A DNA stretch of 64,000 nucleotides. It comes from Candidatus Bathyarchaeota archaeon (GTDB taxonomy: Archaea > Thermoproteota > Bathyarchaeia > Bathyarchaeales > Bathycorpusculaceae). A model generated the notes under the pieces. It did not search any database. It was not told the origin of the DNA and saw only the letters and a list, made by a program, of their open reading frames with translations. The stretch lies in contig CAVYES010000002.1 of NCBI GenBank assembly GCA_963767735.1, positions 160,001 to 224,000 of the forward strand, given 5' to 3'. A program made the translations under genes and the position numbers. Of this stretch, positions 60,034 to 64,000 are shown piece by piece; within the stretch, counting starts at the first letter, position 1, and every line of letters starts with the position of its first letter.

Positions 60034-60819
60034 ATGCTAACAGAAATGAAACAGTTCCTCATTACGTCCTCAGCTGGAAAACGCTTAATCGCCAAAGCAT
60101 TAGCAAATCACCCCATAATTTTAAGCGCAATTAAAAATGGCACGCTTGTAATTGTAGCTGGAACAACGAACGGTTACGTCGCGAAAGAAATATTGAAAAC
60201 CCAAAAAATTTCATACGACTTCTCCAGAAAACGCTTTTTCCGCGGAATAACTTTGCCTCCCAACAAAACCCTAACGGTTAAAGGGCGAGTGGCTGACGAA
60301 AGCGGATTTCCCGGAGACGTAGTGATAACTAAAGGTATTTGGCAAAAAGGCAAAACGATATCCGATGTGGTTGACTCACTCAAAGAAGGCGACGTTATCT
60401 TAAAAGGCGCAAATGCCTTGGATTTAGACCGCAAACAAGCAGCTATCTTAATTGGTCACCCGAAAGCTGGAACCATAGGTTTAGCGTTGCCCACCGTTAT
60501 AGGACGCCGCGTAAACTCATAATACCCGTAGGCTTGGAGAAACGCATAAACGGCGACATATGCTTTAGCTGAAAAAGTAAATGAATCTGGCGTAGGTGGC
60601 TATCGCTTGCTACCTGTTCCTGGACAAGTGTTTACTGAGTTGGAGGCAGTGAACTTTTGGAGTGGAGCCAATGTTGAATTGTTTGCGGCTGGCGGAGTCT
60701 GCGGTGCAGAAGGGTCATGTTGGCTGGCTGTTGCGGGCACAAAAGAACAGGAAGAGGGGGCAGAAAAAATCTTTGCTTCCGTGGCTCATGAACCACAATT
60801 TAATCTTGATAGCCTTTAA
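60034..60819 (+). CDS. Conserved hypothetical protein (two frameshifts near 60514 and 60561)
   Basis: GKRLIAK, GTTNGYV, KGANALD, then [10 protein letters not shown], then PVPG.VFTELEA...AAGGV.GAEG. Confidence 0.8.
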
Positions 60820-60985
60820 GACCACAACCAGATTCCATCTCTTTAGTTAGCTGTTGGCTTTTGTTTGCTTTTTGTTACTGGATTTTGCGACAAATAGCTG
60901 GTACTCCTATAGGTCAAGCAGTTGTTTGCACTCTCTCAGCCTACTCTCGGTCCACGGATGTTCATGATCTCCGGCAAAACTTTAC

Positions 60986-61300
60986 CTATTTACTTATTTG
61001 GGCGCTTTCAATATACTCGGTTTTCGTGTAGTAATTAAAAGAACAATCAAAAGAGTAAGTTTGATTTTCTTGCAGGTTAAGATAAAGCGGTGTATTATTT
61101 AAAATATACAATGTTTTTCCGCCCGAGAGTTCAACCATGTCTTCATTTGCGTTGATTACACTTTTTGAAACTATTAAGCCGTTTTCTCCTGAAGGGATAT
61201 TCTTTAAATTGTCAAATACAATGAGGGCGACGATGCCTATTGTCACTATTGAAATTATTATAACAACAACAATTGTTAATACGAAAGGATCAGTTTTCAT
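60986..61300 (-). CDS. Membrane-anchored hypothetical protein
   Basis: N-terminal TM helix and a small beta domain. Confidence 0.65.
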   Translation of the reverse strand: MKTDPFVLTIVVVIIISIVTIGIVALIVFDNLKNIPSGENGLIVSKSVINANEDMVELSGGKTLYILNNTPLYLNLQENQTYSFDCSFNYYTKTEYIESAQISK

Positions 61301-61404
61301 CGTTATTTCCGTTGTCTTCTTGGTTTGCTTTGTTTAAATGTCTTGCTGTTTTCACATCGCAGACTTCAGCTCTTGCCCGCAGCACCAAACCCCGTCCCTT
61401 TTGC

Positions 61405-62256
61405 CTAAGAGGAGGCAAGAATGTTCTCCTTGGCATTCCAATACCGTGCTAATGCTGTTAAGGCTTCTTCAAACAAGTAGTCCTGCGGCATCACATCAAC
61501 TTTTATGCCCATTTCCCTTAAGGCTTCGGCAGTTGTAGGTCCAATCGCAACAGTTGTAACTTTACTATTTATTAGGGCTCGGAGTGTTTCCATCGGTGCG
61601 TTTTCAGTGAGCATTTTGAAAATATTTTTGGCGCTTAATCCGCTGCCGAAAACAATTGCGTCAATTTTTCCAGAGGTTAAATCTTGAAAAAAATTGTCTT
61701 TCAATTTCTTGTCCACGGGCAAGCCTGACTCGTAAACGTAGACTTCTTCGACTTGGGCGCCCATTTCCTTGAGTTTCTCAGTTAAAGTTGGTGTTGCTCC
61801 AGTGGTTCTTGGAATGCGTATGGTTTTGCCTGAAATTTCTTTGCCCTGCAAGCACTCGATTAATCCTTCAGAACTGTACTTCAACGGGACTAAGCTCACA
61901 TGCACATGGTATTCTTCTTCCAGCGCCTGAGCAGTTCTGGGGCCAACAGCAATAACAAACGTCTTAGCCAAGCCTTCCTTCAATTGGCTGGATTGCTTTA
62001 GGGTTTCAGCAGCACTAAAAAGGTATTTCACGCCGTTAGTGCTCATAAAAATAACATAGTCAACTTGCCCCTTTAGCAGTTCACTGACAAATTTTTTGAC
62101 TGGTGAAAAATTGGTTAAACCTTTGATTTCTATGGCAGGTATAAAGTAGGGTATTCCGCCTTTTTCCTTGATTAGTTTGCCCGCTTCTTCCGCCTGACCT
62201 GCTGGGCGCGTTATGGCAACTGTTTTTCCTTTCAGGCTAGGGGTTTTTTGAACCAT
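61405..62256 (-). CDS. hemD: Uroporphyrinogen-III synthase
   Basis: ITRP, FMSTNGV, AVGPRTA, VYVYE, AIGPTTA. Confidence 0.93.
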   Translation of the reverse strand: MVQKTPSLKGKTVAITRPAGQAEEAGKLIKEKGGIPYFIPAIEIKGLTNFSPVKKFVSELLKGQVDYVIFMSTNGVKYLFSAAETLKQSSQLKEGLAKTFVIAVGPRTAQALEEEYHVHVSLVPLKYSSEGLIECLQGKEISGKTIRIPRTTGATPTLTEKLKEMGAQVEEVYVYESGLPVDKKLKDNFFQDLTSGKIDAIVFGSGLSAKNIFKMLTENAPMETLRALINSKVTTVAIGPTTAEALREMGIKVDVMPQDYLFEEALTALARYWNAKENILASS

Positions 62257-62987
62257 GCGAGTTTCCTGCCTAAGTTTGCAACTTCACCTATAACTATGAC
62301 TGCCGGCGGCTTGACCTGTTTTTCTTCTGCTTCTTTTGCGAGTGTGCCTATTTTGCCAATGATTGTTCTCTGATTCTTTAGGGTGCCTGATTCGATGATG
62401 GCTGCTGGCGTTTCTGGGTTTAAGCCGCCTTCAATTAGTTTTTCCGTTATAGCTTCAAGCGATTCCACGCCCATCAAAATAACCATCGTGTCCACGGCGT
62501 CGGCTATTTTTGCCCAGTTAATTATTTTTTCCGCGTCGCCTGCCCTGTGTCCCGTAATGATTGCTACTGAAGCCGCGTAATCTCTATGCGTCAACGGTAT
62601 GCCCGCATACATTGGAGCGGCAACAGCTGAACTGACTCCAGGCACAACTTCAAATTCGATGCCTTTTTCCACAAGGGCTTCGGCTTCTTCGCCGCCTCTG
62701 CCGAAAACAAACGGGTCGCCGCCTTTGAGCCTAACAACTTTGCCGCCAAGTTGGGCTTTCTCAATTATCAACTCAGTAATTTTGTCCTGTGGAACCTCAT
62801 GTTTGCCTGTTCTTTTTCCAACATAAATTTTTTCTGCTTTTTCTGGGGCTAAGTTGAGAATTGATTCGCCAACTAGTCTATCATATATTACAACGTCAGC
62901 TTCTTTCAGCAACTCAACCGCTCTGACCGTAAGCAGTTTGGGGTCGCCGGGGCCAGCGCCTACAAGGTAAACTTTACCATGCCCCAT
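62232..62987 (-). CDS. cobA: Uroporphyrinogen-III C-methyltransferase
   Basis: LVGAGPGDP, RLKGGDPFVFGRGGEE, GIPLTHR. Confidence 0.97.
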   Translation of the reverse strand: MGHGKVYLVGAGPGDPKLLTVRAVELLKEADVVIYDRLVGESILNLAPEKAEKIYVGKRTGKHEVPQDKITELIIEKAQLGGKVVRLKGGDPFVFGRGGEEAEALVEKGIEFEVVPGVSSAVAAPMYAGIPLTHRDYAASVAIITGHRAGDAEKIINWAKIADAVDTMVILMGVESLEAITEKLIEGGLNPETPAAIIESGTLKNQRTIIGKIGTLAKEAEEKQVKPPAVIVIGEVANLGRKLAWFKKPLA

Positions 62988-63910
62988 ACTTTTCTCTCCA
63001 TTCTTTCTCGAAGTCTTTGGCTCCTTGCTTTATGAGGCCTGCACCGACTTTTTCGCCGAGCATTTCAGCTTCAGCTAATGTGCCTTGTGCAGATGCGCTG
63101 ATTTTTTTTCGCTCGTTAAGTGAATAAATGCAGCCAAAAAGCGAAAGGTTGTTGCCGTTTGCTTGTCCAACCGCGCCTATTGGCACTCGGCAGCCGCCTT
63201 CCAATTCAAGCACCAGGCTGCGTTCAGCCGATAATCTCAGCCCTTGTTGCTTTATCCTCAATAGACCGCAAAAACGCTATTATTTTTTCGTTGCCTTCTT
63301 TGGCGACTACTGCTAAAGCTCCCTGTCCCGCTGCTGAAGGGAACTGGTCAAGTGGTAAGCGCTCGGTTACTTCGTTTATTAAATTCATTCTTTCAAGCCC
63401 TGCTTCAGCAATGATGACGCCTGCAAACTCGCCTTTTCTAACCTTATTGATTCGGGTGTCCACGTTGCCTCTGATGGGTTGCACGTCTAAGTCTGGGTGA
63501 ATGTACTTGATTTCCGCCATTCTTCGCAGGCTGCCTGTTCCAACAACTGAGCCTTTAGCTAACTCGTTTAGCGGCACTTTGCCCTTTGAGATGAACACGT
63601 CGTTTTGCGAATCCCTCTTGGGAATTGCAGCTAAAACCGTGCCAGTTTGCTGCTCAACGATAGGCACATCTTTTAGGCTGTGAACGGCAAAGTCGATTTC
63701 GCCGTTGATTACTTGCTGGTCGATTTCTTTTTCAAAAATGCCTTTGCAGTCAATGGAGAATAAGGGTTTGCCTTGTTCTTTGTCGCCTATGGTTTTGATG
63801 ATTTTTAAGTTAAACTCAACGTCGGGATGTGCCTGCTTGATTTGTTTTAGAACTCGGTTTGTTTGTGCAAGCGCGAGTACGCTTCCTCTGGTGCCAACAG
63901 TTAGAATCAT
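62974..63910 (-). CDS. hemC: Hydroxymethylbilane synthase (+1 frameshift near 63229)
   Basis: GTRGS.LA..Q, VHSLKDVP, GSLRR, RGNVDTR, then AER...LEGGCRVPIG in the shifted frame. Confidence 0.95.
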
Positions 63911-64000
63911 TGAACTGGTTTTCTCCTTTGCTGCTTTAGCTAGTGCCTTGTCAAAAGCGTTTATTGTATGCTTCAAATCATCTTCCACTATGAGCTGTTG
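63907..64000 (-). CDS. hemL: C-terminus of glutamate-1-semialdehyde aminomutase (partial)
   Basis: TAHS, then EDDLKHTINAFDKAL, directly upstream of hemC. Confidence 0.6.

Noticed and set aside
63224-63988. Apparent HemL-HemC fusion in the ORF track
   Set aside because: Removing one A from an A-run restores a typical ATGA stop/start overlap, and other indels lie nearby.

Overview
Archaeal chromosomal DNA, most consistent with Candidatus Bathyarchaeia. The evidence is the eL15-eL13-DUF54-Rpp30-Pop5 operon, a tRNA with a non-canonical intron, and several small protein families I associate with this lineage. Content is mostly housekeeping and redox/stress genes: TyrRS, MetRS, porCDAB, a homocitrate-synthase-like enzyme, hemL/C-cobA-hemD, msrA, bcp, Hsp20, hemerythrin, two cytochrome b5 proteins and flavodoxins. 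There are three tRNA genes (two very different Gly-GCC, one Asn-GTT), a 1452-aa Cas4/RecB-nuclease plus SF1-helicase fusion, and a decayed island of hsdR/polB/DUF72 fragments. About ten genes carry small indels, including hemC, so most frameshifts are probably long-read consensus errors. The features I cannot explain are: (1) a non-coding element family, one copy with terminal inverted repeats and a target-site duplication, in which a conserved ungapped 50-nt cassette is always followed by an exact 10-bp-period array whose unit differs in each copy; (2) a CysRS paralog lacking two Zn ligands and the anticodon domain, next to bcp; (3) a shared ACAGYCACA motif just upstream of the TATA boxes of several stress genes; (4) a second, foreign-looking tRNA-Gly(GCC); (5) a saw-tooth GT/AC strand skew that flips in intergenic DNA. 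All calls come from reading the sequence; no searches were run.
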